DNA from: a virus
Reading direction: 5' to 3' (one strand)
Length of the DNA: 64,000 bases
Virus record (IMG/VR): IMGVR_UViG_3300045999_007288
Location: 1 to 64,000 of that record
The notes under the pieces are model-generated. The model saw only the letters and a program-made list of their open reading frames with translations, was not told where the DNA came from and searched no databases. The translations under genes and the position numbers were made by a program. Shown piece after piece: positions 8,746 through 17,924 of this stretch (positions are counted from its first letter, which is position 1; each line of letters starts with the position of its first letter).

Positions 8746-8995
8746 TCCGTTGAATGTGTTCGGACTGCGAAGGGTAGACCATTGTCCCCCGCATTTTGAA
8801 AAAGTATATTTTGATTTACGTACCAGTGAAAAACATATCACTGATTGGATATATGAGCATCTGATTGGAAGATTTTGGTTTGGTGATTTTTACGACGATA
8901 AAAATACTTTGTGTAAATGTGCTGCTTTTGAAACAAAAAGCGAAGCCAGTTATTTTATGCTGATGATAGACTCCTTTAATGTTTATCAATCATAA
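8723..8995 (+). CDS. small hypothetical protein related to the 'F.LKW' family
   Basis: Likely start MLKYGEINPLN; DWIYEHL.GRF...AFE.KSEASYFML. Confidence 0.65.
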   Translation: MLKYGEINPLNVFGLRRVDHCPPHFEKVYFDLRTSEKHITDWIYEHLIGRFWFGDFYDDKNTLCKCAAFETKSEASYFMLMIDSFNVYQS

Positions 8996-9024
8996 GCATA
9001 TTCCTACTTAGATCTAAAAATTTT

Positions 9025-9066
9025 CTCCGATGATATAACAGGTTAAATAACTTTATATCATCGGAG
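9025..9066 (+). promoter_or_regulatory. RBS-sequestering hairpin with a late promoter (TAAATA) in its loop
   Basis: Perfect 14-bp inverted repeat CTCCGATGATATAA (9025-9038) / TTATATCATCGGAG (9053-9066); TAAATA at 9044-9049; the right arm includes the GGAG RBS of 9072. Confidence 0.75.
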
Positions 9067-9071
9067 TAGTA

Positions 9072-9278
9072 ATGAGCACTGAATCTAAACAAGTTCAAGT
9101 TCCTTCTAAGGAACTTCTTACAATCTTATCTAGTATGCAATTGGCCAGCAGCCGTGGTGCATTTAGGCCTGAAGAATTTACAGAAATTGGATCCGCATAT
9201 CAAGCATTATATGCGTTTTTAGCTGATCTGAATGTTATTGCACCAGCGCCAGCCGCTACAGAAACCCCCAATCAATAA
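9072..9278 (+). CDS. small hypothetical (probably late) protein
   Basis: GGAG RBS; ASSRGAFRPEEF..IG..Y motif. Confidence 0.75.
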   Translation: MSTESKQVQVPSKELLTILSSMQLASSRGAFRPEEFTEIGSAYQALYAFLADLNVIAPAPAATETPNQ

Positions 9279-9287
9279 GGATTTATT

Positions 9288-9974
9288 ATGATTAAACATG
9301 TAGGTAAACACAGCAACAAAAGATGTGTTATTTTATTTAAAACCGTACCAGGAGAAGAGCATATGTGTTTAGTCATATATCCTGATACATTACCCCGCCA
9401 TATTCATGACGATGTAATGACTGCGCTGGAAAGCGATTCTGGACAACAAGCTAAAGAGTTCAGTGATTATCTATTCAGATACACACTACAGGATGGCAAT
9501 AACGCATTAGAAACTTTACACAAAGAAGGCATGATTAAAAAAGTGCCGACTAATCAAGTTATCGTTACACCAAATGCTAAAAGCACTGTAAGATTAGACG
9601 AACTTAATTCAATTTTATCAAAGTTGTCACAAGGTGAAGAAGCTGTCAAAGCATTAGCCGACTTAGACAAAAACTCGGGTATGATAAACAAACGCCGAGT
9701 GCGCGAAGGTTTAGAACCTGGCGAAGTGAGGGCCCCGCGCGAATCTCGCAGTACCCCTGCTCAGATTACAAATAACATAAGTATTAATGATGTGCTGTCA
9801 GACGAAGACCTTGCCACACAACGTCTAGCTCAAGCACAGAAGCTGCAATCGGACGCCAAAGCATTGTTAGCAGAAGCAGCTCGTTTGCAAGAAGAAGCAT
9901 TAAAACTTAACGGTCCCGCAGCAAAAAATGGCACAACAAAATCCAAAAAAACAGTCAAAGCCAAAGAAGCTTAA
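9288..9974 (+). CDS. hypothetical protein with C-terminal coiled coil
   Basis: AAGGA RBS; 228-aa ORF with an Ala/Gln-rich helix. Confidence 0.75.
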   Translation: MIKHVGKHSNKRCVILFKTVPGEEHMCLVIYPDTLPRHIHDDVMTALESDSGQQAKEFSDYLFRYTLQDGNNALETLHKEGMIKKVPTNQVIVTPNAKSTVRLDELNSILSKLSQGEEAVKALADLDKNSGMINKRRVREGLEPGEVRAPRESRSTPAQITNNISINDVLSDEDLATQRLAQAQKLQSDAKALLAEAARLQEEALKLNGPAAKNGTTKSKKTVKAKEA

Positions 9975-10266
9975 TTTAAATACAAAAACTGCTTGGAGAA
10001 ATATACTAAAAGAAGTCGAGAAAAAAGAAGTACCTATACATGTTTTAGAAAAACTTATGGTATATCTTAAAGATGGCACTATGGTCACCGTGGATATTAA
10101 AAGACTGCTGGCTGAAGGTGCAGATCCTGACGAAATAGAACAACATGTTTCCAACAGACTCGATGAATTAGATTTATATATAGACAACGTAGATTTTTTT
10201 GTAGACATCGATCTAGTAGAAAAAACAGTACAACCAGAAACAGACAGGCTATTATCTAAACTATGA
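9928..10266 (+). CDS. hypothetical protein
   Basis: 112-aa ORF with ATGA coupling to DHFR. Confidence 0.7.
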   Translation: MAQQNPKKQSKPKKLNLNTKTAWRNILKEVEKKEVPIHVLEKLMVYLKDGTMVTVDIKRLLAEGADPDEIEQHVSNRLDELDLYIDNVDFFVDIDLVEKTVQPETDRLLSKL

Positions 10267-10766
10267 TCAAGGCAATTTTTGCTGTAGATCACTGGGGAGG
10301 AATGGGGTTTAATGGATCATTGCCGTGGCCCCACCATCTCGAAGATTTACAATATTTCAAAGAACAAACCATGGGAGACATTGTCGTCATGGGAAGAAAA
10401 ACTTGGGACGACCCTAAGATGCCTAAGCCGTTGCCTGGCAGGATAAATTATGTAGCAACAAACAAACCTATTTTTGGTTACGGTATTACTACTATTCGCG
10501 GGGACCTTCAGGAAAACATTCGTAAAATTCAAAACGCATATCCAACAAAAACAGTTTGGATTATCGGCGGGCCTGATATTTTAATGGAAACACGAGATCT
10601 AGTAGATCAAGTTCATATTACCCATTTCAAAGGTCAATTTAAAACTGATCGACAAATTGATTTACGAAAATATTTGAGTTTATTCAGAGCTACCAGTGCT
10701 GCCACTAGTTTAGATAAAAAATGCAGTTGGATGACTTATAAAAACATTGACATATTTCGTCAATAA
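10263..10766 (+). CDS. folA: dihydrofolate reductase
   Basis: MG.NG.LPW, EDLQYFK..T, VVMGRKTW, PLPGR.N.V, IIGG. Confidence 0.92.
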   Translation: MIKAIFAVDHWGGMGFNGSLPWPHHLEDLQYFKEQTMGDIVVMGRKTWDDPKMPKPLPGRINYVATNKPIFGYGITTIRGDLQENIRKIQNAYPTKTVWIIGGPDILMETRDLVDQVHITHFKGQFKTDRQIDLRKYLSLFRATSAATSLDKKCSWMTYKNIDIFRQ

Positions 10767-10775
10767 AATTATACT
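10747..10775 (+). promoter_or_regulatory. sigma70-type promoter for thyA (leaderless geometry)
   Basis: TTGACA 10747-10752, 17 nt, TATACT 10770-10775; ATG at 10782. Confidence 0.7.
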
Positions 10776-10781
10776 TAATGC

Positions 10782-11687
10782 ATGGAACAACAATACTTAG
10801 ATGCATTAAAATATGTGCTAGAAAATGGCACTAACAAATCCGATCGCACCGGTACCGGCACTATTAGCGTATTTGGTATGCAACAACGCTACAACTTACA
10901 ACACGGATTCCCTGCCGTAACAACTAAGAAGCTCGCATGGAAATCTGTGGTATCAGAATTGCTGTGGTTCATTGAAGGGTCGGGGGACGAAAATCGTTTG
11001 CGAGAGATTCTACATGGTAGCAAACACACAGAAAAAACAACCATCTGGTCTGCCAATGCCACAGCACCTTATTGGACTAATAGATATAAAAAGTTTCCCC
11101 TGCGAGGGCCGCAATTTGAAGGCGACTTAGGTCGTGTATATGGCGTACAGTGGCGACATTGGCGCACCAGTGAAAAAAAATTAAATGATAATAACAACGA
11201 TATTGTTAACGTTGAAGTAGATCAACTTTCAGAATTAATTAAGGGAATAAAAGCAGACCCTCACGGACGAAGACATATATTATCTGCATGGAATCCAGGT
11301 GAATTACAAGACATGGCCTTGCCACCGTGCCACTGCTTTGCTCAATTTTATGTAGCAGATGGTAAACTAAGTTGCCAGATGTATCAAAGAAGTTGTGACA
11401 TGTTTTTAGGTGTTCCCTTCAACATCGCGAGCTACAGTTTGTTAACACATCTAGTGGCTCAAGTGTGCAATTTGGATGTTGGAGAGTTTGTTCACGTGCT
11501 GGGAGATGCACACATATATCTAAATCATGTAGAGCAGGTAAAAGAACAATTATCACGTGAACCATTGCCTGCCCCACAATTGTGGTTAAATCCAGACATC
11601 AATGATATCGATAAATTTACCATGGCCGATATTCAATTAGACAACTATCAAAGTCATGGTGCTATCAAAGCAGATATGGCTGTATGA
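10782..11687 (+). CDS. thyA: thymidylate synthase
   Basis: DRTGTGT, ELLWF, YG.QWR, MALPPCH, YQRSCDMFLGVPFNIASY, GDAHIY.NH. Confidence 0.97.
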   Translation: MEQQYLDALKYVLENGTNKSDRTGTGTISVFGMQQRYNLQHGFPAVTTKKLAWKSVVSELLWFIEGSGDENRLREILHGSKHTEKTTIWSANATAPYWTNRYKKFPLRGPQFEGDLGRVYGVQWRHWRTSEKKLNDNNNDIVNVEVDQLSELIKGIKADPHGRRHILSAWNPGELQDMALPPCHCFAQFYVADGKLSCQMYQRSCDMFLGVPFNIASYSLLTHLVAQVCNLDVGEFVHVLGDAHIYLNHVEQVKEQLSREPLPAPQLWLNPDINDIDKFTMADIQLDNYQSHGAIKADMAV

Positions 11688-11926
11688 AAGTAAAAGTACA
11701 CGAGTTTACTATGAGTGACGTAGATGATTTTGCAATCTACGTTGCTGAACCTTTGTACAATTGGGAAAAGAGTGAACAAGGACAGTGGGTCATGGCCAAT
11801 GCCGCGGATAAACCTTCATGGCATTCAGGTTGGGACCATGTCACTTTTCAAAACAAAGTAACTATAATTGCAGATTTGGAAGAAAAAGATCTAACATATT
11901 TTACATTGAAATGGGGTATTAAATGA
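11684..11926 (+). CDS. small hypothetical protein, 'F.LKW' C-terminal family
   Basis: ATGA coupling at both ends; ends EKDLTYFTLKWGIK. Confidence 0.7.
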   Translation: MKVKVHEFTMSDVDDFAIYVAEPLYNWEKSEQGQWVMANAADKPSWHSGWDHVTFQNKVTIIADLEEKDLTYFTLKWGIK

Positions 11927-12891
11927 GATTCATAGTAACCGGCGGTGCAGGATTTATCGGACATAATGTAGTAAGACAATTAGAACAGTTGGGCCACGAA
12001 TGTTTTATCATTGACAGTGCCACCGATTATGGGTTTGTGCCTAAAGACGAACTGGCTTATTTGTTTAAGGCTCGACGAAATAGAATTCGTAGTTCTATTC
12101 ATCATTTAGACATCAGAGATCATTCTAGCTTAGAAACATTTTTTAAAACTTTTGGACATACCTGCGATGCTGTTATTCATTTGGCAAGTTTTCCTAGACA
12201 AAAAGTAGTCAATCAAAATCCAATTTGGGGCAGTGAAGTAATGAGTACTTCTTTAGTAAAACTACTAGAACTAACAAAAATTAGCCGAATCCCAAAATTT
12301 GTTTATATCAGCAGCAGTATGGTGTATGGAGACTTCACTGATCAGGTAACAGAGGACTTTAACTGTAAACCCCAAGGGCAGTATGGTATTATGAAATTAA
12401 TGGGCGAATGGTTGGTTAAAGATTATTCGAGAAGAAAATGTTTTGATCATGTCATTATTCGACCTAGTGCCGTATACGGCGAATATGATGTCGAAGATCG
12501 TGTGGTGTCTAAGTTTATGTTATCCGCGATGAGAGGACAAACCCTTAAAGTCAATGGAGCTGGAGAAACATTAGATTTCACTTACGTCGAAGATGCTGCA
12601 AGGGGTATAGTACAGGCTGTATTGAGTAGTAATGCTATTAATAAGACATACAATATCACAAAAAGTCATAGTCATAGTCTACTAGATGCTGCAAATTTAG
12701 CAGTAAAAATTGCGGGCCGCGGGTCGATCGAATGTAAAGACAAAGATGCTGACTTTCCCTCTAGAGGTGCATTAAACATAGATGCAGCTCGCAATGATTT
12801 TGGATTTGATCCCAAGATAGATGTCGAAGAAGGATTTCGTCGATATCATAATTGGTTTTCTGAAAGTAAATTTTGGAAGTCAAAACTATAA
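11923..12891 (+). CDS. NAD-dependent NDP-sugar epimerase/dehydratase (extended SDR)
   Basis: TGGAGFIG, HLAS, ISSSMVYG, YxxxK (YGIMK), DFTYVED. Confidence 0.9.
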   Translation: MRFIVTGGAGFIGHNVVRQLEQLGHECFIIDSATDYGFVPKDELAYLFKARRNRIRSSIHHLDIRDHSSLETFFKTFGHTCDAVIHLASFPRQKVVNQNPIWGSEVMSTSLVKLLELTKISRIPKFVYISSSMVYGDFTDQVTEDFNCKPQGQYGIMKLMGEWLVKDYSRRKCFDHVIIRPSAVYGEYDVEDRVVSKFMLSAMRGQTLKVNGAGETLDFTYVEDAARGIVQAVLSSNAINKTYNITKSHSHSLLDAANLAVKIAGRGSIECKDKDADFPSRGALNIDAARNDFGFDPKIDVEEGFRRYHNWFSESKFWKSKL

Positions 12892-13982
12892 TTCCGTTTT
12901 TCGGAGTAAAAAGGCAATATGCCAATCTCCGAGATGAAATACTAAATGCTGTAGACGTTGTATACAGCACAGGTCAAGTATTGGACGGACATTACACTAA
13001 GGAGTTTGAAAATCAAATTGCAAAAAAATGCCATCGCCGATATGCTGTAGCGGTTAACAGTTGTAGCCAAGGTTTAATATTTGCTCAACAAGTTTTGTTC
13101 TCAGAGAATACAAAAATTCTCATTCCCACTATTAGCTTTGTATCTACAATCAATAGTGTATTACTAAATGGCAATGAACCAGTGTTGTGTGACACGGATG
13201 ATCAAGCGTTAATAAATTTAGAAAGCTTAGACTACGCTATTAAAGGGGCCGGTGTTCAAGGTATTATGTATGTTAACTTGTTTGGCAACACAGTTGACTG
13301 GGATAGGTTTAAGATGACCACAGAATTCTTTAATCAAGACTTGAAAATTATTGAAGATGCAGCACAGAGTTTTGGCGCTAGCTATAAAGGAACACCCAGC
13401 GGAGCATTAGGTGATATCAGTGTATTAAGTTTCGACCCTACAAAAAATTTACCCAATTACGGTAGTGGCGGTATGATACTAACAGATGATTTAGAAATAG
13501 CTACTTTTCTGAGAGACTTACGGGACAATGGTAAATCCAAAGGCCACGAAAACCCGGGCACTAACAGTAAAATGAGCGAAGCAGATTGTGCCCAAATGTT
13601 AGTTAAACTTGAATATTTTAATTCTTGGCAATCTCGTCGAACACAAATTGCAGAATATTATAACGCCGAACTAAACGATTACGTTGACACACCTAAGACC
13701 ACAGAAGGCACTATTCATGCTTGGCACAAGTATGTAATTAAGCTAAATGATCGAAATGGATTAAAACATCATTTAGCAATTAAAGGAGTAGAAACTAAAG
13801 TACACTACGAAGCTCCACTATACGAGCATCCAGTGGGATATCCTTATATTAACTATGCGTCAGAATTATATAGGGAAGCCAGTGCATTTTGCCAAGAGTG
13901 TTTGAGTTTACCTATATATCCAGAACTAACAGATTCTGAAGTTGAACACATAACTGAATCAGTTAAAGAGTTCTTTAACTAG
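12873..13982 (+). CDS. DegT/DnrJ/EryC1/StrS PLP-dependent sugar aminotransferase
   Basis: IPFF, IIEDAAQSFGA, catalytic Lys in SFDPTKNL...GSGG, G.NS, LSLPIYP. Confidence 0.92.
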   Translation: MEVKTIIPFFGVKRQYANLRDEILNAVDVVYSTGQVLDGHYTKEFENQIAKKCHRRYAVAVNSCSQGLIFAQQVLFSENTKILIPTISFVSTINSVLLNGNEPVLCDTDDQALINLESLDYAIKGAGVQGIMYVNLFGNTVDWDRFKMTTEFFNQDLKIIEDAAQSFGASYKGTPSGALGDISVLSFDPTKNLPNYGSGGMILTDDLEIATFLRDLRDNGKSKGHENPGTNSKMSEADCAQMLVKLEYFNSWQSRRTQIAEYYNAELNDYVDTPKTTEGTIHAWHKYVIKLNDRNGLKHHLAIKGVETKVHYEAPLYEHPVGYPYINYASELYREASAFCQECLSLPIYPELTDSEVEHITESVKEFFN

Positions 13983-14844
13983 AATTTGAATTCTTCCATT
14001 TAGCCGCTAATGCAGAGACTAAGTCTCCCACAGTGGTAAATCCATTTTGTTGCATAAACTTGATAATTTTAACTGCATTGGCTCTGTCGGCACCGCTGTT
14101 AGGTTTACGTGCATTGCTTAAATCAGTATTTAGACCGCGAGTAGCTTCTTCTTTATCATAGGTATACTGTAAACCGTAACGTAAATTATCTGCTTTTTTA
14201 CTTAATTGTGATTTGTTTTTTGCTTGTATTAACTCAATCCAGGGCATTAAGTAACCTTTGTGCATACTAACATATCCGCCGGTACGTTCTTGTCCCGTGA
14301 GTATCGAGATATCACCTTGTTTGCGTGTATCAAAATTACGCCATGCTGCAATGTCTGTGTAAAAATATGTAGATATATCACGACGTTTAGCTGTAATTAA
14401 TGCTTGTCTTGTCCATGCTTTAACTTCTGGATCTGCGTCCGACGCACAATACATGTGAACAGCAGTTACTCCATCGATGGATATTGTAGGGTCTTTACTG
14501 AATATCCGATCTTCTGCTTCATGGGACCTATGATGTGACTTTGATGGATCTCTATTTTCCCAATAATCAATAGGGCGAGAAATATAATGCTTATTGAACC
14601 AGTTGCCATCTAATACAAATAAGGTTGCCTGTTGTCCTATAATATCATGATAACCGCCGCGGCGTGATCTTGTGGTACTTAAAAAGTAAGGATAACCTTT
14701 GGGCGCATATTGTTGTTCAACGCTGCCTAATGCACTACTAAGTTGAAATGTGCCAGAACTTAAAATGGATAAAGCTGTTTTATTATTAGTATAGTGAAAT
14801 GCTATACGGCTTAAGCTTTCTGTAATAATCTCATTAATCTGCAT
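13975..14844 (-). CDS. putative ADP-ribosyltransferase-fold protein, possibly virion-packaged
   Basis: FHYT, FLSTTRS and HEAEDR in ART motif order; N-terminal MQINEIITE; TAAATA 4 nt before the ATG. Confidence 0.5.
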   Translation of the reverse strand: MQINEIITESLSRIAFHYTNNKTALSILSSGTFQLSSALGSVEQQYAPKGYPYFLSTTRSRRGGYHDIIGQQATLFVLDGNWFNKHYISRPIDYWENRDPSKSHHRSHEAEDRIFSKDPTISIDGVTAVHMYCASDADPEVKAWTRQALITAKRRDISTYFYTDIAAWRNFDTRKQGDISILTGQERTGGYVSMHKGYLMPWIELIQAKNKSQLSKKADNLRYGLQYTYDKEEATRGLNTDLSNARKPNSGADRANAVKIIKFMQQNGFTTVGDLVSALAAKWKNSNSS

Positions 14845-16515
14845 TCAGTATTTAGTGTCATAATACTGTCTGAGCCATGCCCACTCGTAGGATAACATTA
14901 GCTTATCATACTCGCCGTTTACTGTGTCGTAGTACTCTATAGCATCTTGAGCTCCAAGAATACTCCATTCACCGTAATGCCCGTTGCCCACAGTTAACCA
15001 TTTTTTAAGTCTGAACTCAGTTTCAATACTGGGTTGCGTAATACTAAAATGTTTTAACTTAATAACTTCGCGAAATGCTGTACGCCATGTGGTCCAAGCA
15101 TCTTGGTCATAATGGGCAATGCCACTTAAAATGGGTACTACTTCGTGAGCTTTACTTAAAGTAAAATCTAATCCACTGTTCACAGTTTCCAGTACCAAAC
15201 GTTTATTGTAAGCAATCATTGCTTGATGTCCGTAGACCAATCCATTTACTGGATTTCGAGCATGAAAAATGTAGTGTTTTGGTTCTTGAAAGTAATCGGG
15301 TTGCCAAGACCAATCAAAATTTAGATCAATTTCTAATTTAGCAAACACTGCAAAAAACCACGGCGTATCACTACGTTCAGCTGCGGCTTTGTATGCGGCC
15401 ATACGGCCGTTTACATTTTGGACACGTTTGATTGTATTACTGAACTTTAGTACAGGAAATCCAGAGTCTTCCTGGTCCAAAACTTTACACAAATGATCAT
15501 ACCAACGTTCTGCTTCTGGCTCGCCATTACTAATATAGATGATGTCTAAACAGTCTTCTGTGCGTATAGATTCGCCCCTTTTTTCGACGTTTACGTAAGG
15601 ATAATCGTAGATTTGCGTGCGTAAATGTGTCTTAATGTCTCGGGGTACTACACAAATACTGTTGCTGTCTGTAAAACTTTCCACAGTCCTGTCTTTTTCA
15701 GTCCATAAGCAAATTTCACTGTTAAGTAAAATACTGGGCCGATTTGAAAATGCAGCGTAGGGGAATTTGAAGTCGTAATTACGAATCTCATCTACTAGAT
15801 TATCATGATCATAGTACACTTTTGGACAGGCATATCTATAGACCTTTTGATCTTCGCAGTAGTTTATAACATTAAACCAATCTAATAATTCCAAATCAAC
15901 CATTTGCTTTTTGAATGATTCCACATGAATATAAAAAGTGTCTCCGCGTTTTTGATTACCACTGGGGAAGCAATGAATCATTTCTTCTTGCCATTGAGCA
16001 GGGTGCCAAGTAAAGTCGAAATCTTTATAGTCACAGACACTGCTAATAACCCATACATATTCGGTGGTAGCTAAATTTACTATACGTTTTAGTACGTTTA
16101 AATGGTCTGATACGTATCTAGTAGATTTAATCGAAGGATGTGTTTCTTTAAGAGCAGCAAATTGTGGTTGACTTTCGGGATTCATGAAATCCATATAGAA
16201 AATATCAGTGCTACCGGTGCGAGGAACACAGTAATCATTTATAGGACAATGCCAGTGCCACTGATGCTCTTTTGTATTTTTTGGTATTAAATATGTGCCG
16301 CCGTTTTGTTGCCATTGGCTAGGCCAAACGTGTGTATGTTCCGCTTCATAACTGATAGGTCTCCAATAAAAGTCAAAGTTGCTATAGTTATTATGCCCGT
16401 CTATGTACCAAAAATATTCAGTTCGGCATAGCGCATCAGCTTCTTCAAGAGATGTCGCAGGTCGTTCAAAGGCAAACAAGTTAGGCTTAGGGCCTTTGTA
16501 AAATACATCAAACAT
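14845..16515 (-). CDS. multi-repeat glycosyltransferase-like protein
   Basis: Three T.(Y/W).W...FDF/W.W.P repeats; C-terminus (ARNPVNGLVYG, WRTAFREVIKL) is paralogous to 30081-31007. Confidence 0.6.
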   Translation of the reverse strand: MFDVFYKGPKPNLFAFERPATSLEEADALCRTEYFWYIDGHNNYSNFDFYWRPISYEAEHTHVWPSQWQQNGGTYLIPKNTKEHQWHWHCPINDYCVPRTGSTDIFYMDFMNPESQPQFAALKETHPSIKSTRYVSDHLNVLKRIVNLATTEYVWVISSVCDYKDFDFTWHPAQWQEEMIHCFPSGNQKRGDTFYIHVESFKKQMVDLELLDWFNVINYCEDQKVYRYACPKVYYDHDNLVDEIRNYDFKFPYAAFSNRPSILLNSEICLWTEKDRTVESFTDSNSICVVPRDIKTHLRTQIYDYPYVNVEKRGESIRTEDCLDIIYISNGEPEAERWYDHLCKVLDQEDSGFPVLKFSNTIKRVQNVNGRMAAYKAAAERSDTPWFFAVFAKLEIDLNFDWSWQPDYFQEPKHYIFHARNPVNGLVYGHQAMIAYNKRLVLETVNSGLDFTLSKAHEVVPILSGIAHYDQDAWTTWRTAFREVIKLKHFSITQPSIETEFRLKKWLTVGNGHYGEWSILGAQDAIEYYDTVNGEYDKLMLSYEWAWLRQYYDTKY

Positions 16516-16942
16516 CGAGTTGTTCTACTATAACTTTACATTTGTTTAAAAATTCAACACCAGATGTATCACGATAAGCTTGCCCAAAATAAACTTTTTT
16601 TATTCCGCTTTGATAAATCAGTTTAGAGCATTCTATGCATGGTGCATGAGTAATAAACATTGTTGCTCCGTCTCCGCTTTCGCTACTTCGTGCTAATTTA
16701 CTGATGGCATTCGATTCGGCGTGGAGCACTTCTGGTTTTGTTTTTAATTCGTAGTCGCCTGTTTTATCCCAAACTTTATCTTCACAGTTGTTATCCCAAC
16801 CTGCAGGCATGCCGTTATAGCCAATGCTGATAATTCTATCATCTTTAACTACAATAGCACCAACATGCAGTCGTCGAGCATGACTGAGTTCAGCAAATAT
16901 TTTTGCAGTCTGCATGTATGCTTGGATTAATTTTTTCTTCAT
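16508..16942 (-). CDS. dCMP deaminase
   Basis: VGAIVV, IISIGYNG.P.G, HAESNAI, THAPCIEC Zn motif; ATG at 16942 is coupled to the upstream gene. Confidence 0.92.
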   Translation of the reverse strand: MKKKLIQAYMQTAKIFAELSHARRLHVGAIVVKDDRIISIGYNGMPAGWDNNCEDKVWDKTGDYELKTKPEVLHAESNAISKLARSSESGDGATMFITHAPCIECSKLIYQSGIKKVYFGQAYRDTSGVEFLNKCKVIVEQLDV

Positions 16943-17634
16943 TTTCTTAACCAAGAAATATTATCCCAAATATCGCCATTGGGATTAAATCTATTAGAAA
17001 CTCTATTATATAAATCGATATCAGGTAACAAATATTCCATTATTTTTTCATTGGGAGAAGAATTAAATTTTTCTTTTATATCTGCTTCGAGTCTCTTTTT
17101 TAAACTAGAGGAAATATTTGACTCCTGATCAGTTGCCCAATAACTATCTATATAAATTTTATATTTTTCTAAGAGTTTTGCAATTGCCCATTTAACCCCG
17201 TCATGATTTTTTACAGGTTCCAGTGGAATCCAATCAATTTGATTACAAAATTCTTCGTAATAGTTATAAACATATCCGTATGAATGTATATCTAAGATAG
17301 GGGTACTCAAAACAAAATTTTGCAATTCAACATTTTTATAATATTCAGTTATTAGATTTTTTTGAAATAACCATTCTGCTATTGCTTTATACCGTCTAGT
17401 CAAAGGATCCGACATCAAAGTAAAAACACGACTGTTGTCCCAATTAATTTCTGAAAACGGTATTTGTCTCCATCGACAGTTTTGATTAAAAGTGGCCGTC
17501 AAAAAACTGGATCCACATTTTAAAGTTGCAATACATGTCAATACCTCGCAGGTATACACTGCTGCTGTAGCCCCAGGCCTTCTTTCAAATTTATTGAATT
17601 CTTCAACTTCTAGAATATAAGGAGTTATGTCCAT
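16939..17634 (-). CDS. sulfotransferase-family-like protein (AT-rich)
   Basis: 5'-PSB-like LKCGSSFL, degenerate 3'-PB SDPLTR, LD.HS, C-terminal YL.PDI.LY. Confidence 0.5.
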   Translation of the reverse strand: MDITPYILEVEEFNKFERRPGATAAVYTCEVLTCIATLKCGSSFLTATFNQNCRWRQIPFSEINWDNSRVFTLMSDPLTRRYKAIAEWLFQKNLITEYYKNVELQNFVLSTPILDIHSYGYVYNYYEEFCNQIDWIPLEPVKNHDGVKWAIAKLLEKYKIYIDSYWATDQESNISSSLKKRLEADIKEKFNSSPNEKIMEYLLPDIDLYNRVSNRFNPNGDIWDNISWLRK

Positions 17635-17643
17635 GATTTACAA

Positions 17644-17675
17644 ATTATAATTAATTGACATCAAATTGTCAATTA
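17644..17675 (-). promoter_or_regulatory. perfect sigma70 promoter overlapped by a 9-bp palindrome
   Basis: Minus strand TTGACA (17672-17667), 17 nt, TATAAT (17649-17644); inverted repeat TAATTGACA-6-TGTCAATTA 17652-17675. Confidence 0.75.
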
Positions 17676-17699
17676 TTAATTAATTGATAATAAAATATT

Positions 17700-17924
17700 T
17701 CAGTCTTTGTCTGTTACTATAACTGCAACTCGATCAACCCAGATCATTCTACCACGGCATGCTATATTCCATTTGGTTTCGCCGTGTTCGTGTGTACATT
17801 CTGTAAAAGTTTCCCCAACAATTCGAACATCTTTAGCTAAGTGTTCTACTCCGTTTTCAAATACACGCCAGACCAATTCACTGCCATTATGTTTAGTATT
17901 AAATCTGACGTGATATTTGTTCAT
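17700..17924 (-). CDS. small hypothetical protein
   Basis: ATGA-coupled; Y.VRFN...WRVFENG.E.L...WNIAC.G. Confidence 0.7.
   Translation of the reverse strand: MNKYHVRFNTKHNGSELVWRVFENGVEHLAKDVRIVGETFTECTHEHGETKWNIACRGRMIWVDRVAVIVTDKD

Noticed and set aside
10782-11687. thyA as a DNA-modifying dCMP hydroxymethylase or as an intron-containing td gene
   Set aside because: It keeps the dUMP-specific Asn (PFNIASY), is paired with DHFR and dCMP deaminase, and the ORF is uninterrupted, so it reads as a canonical thymidylate synthase.
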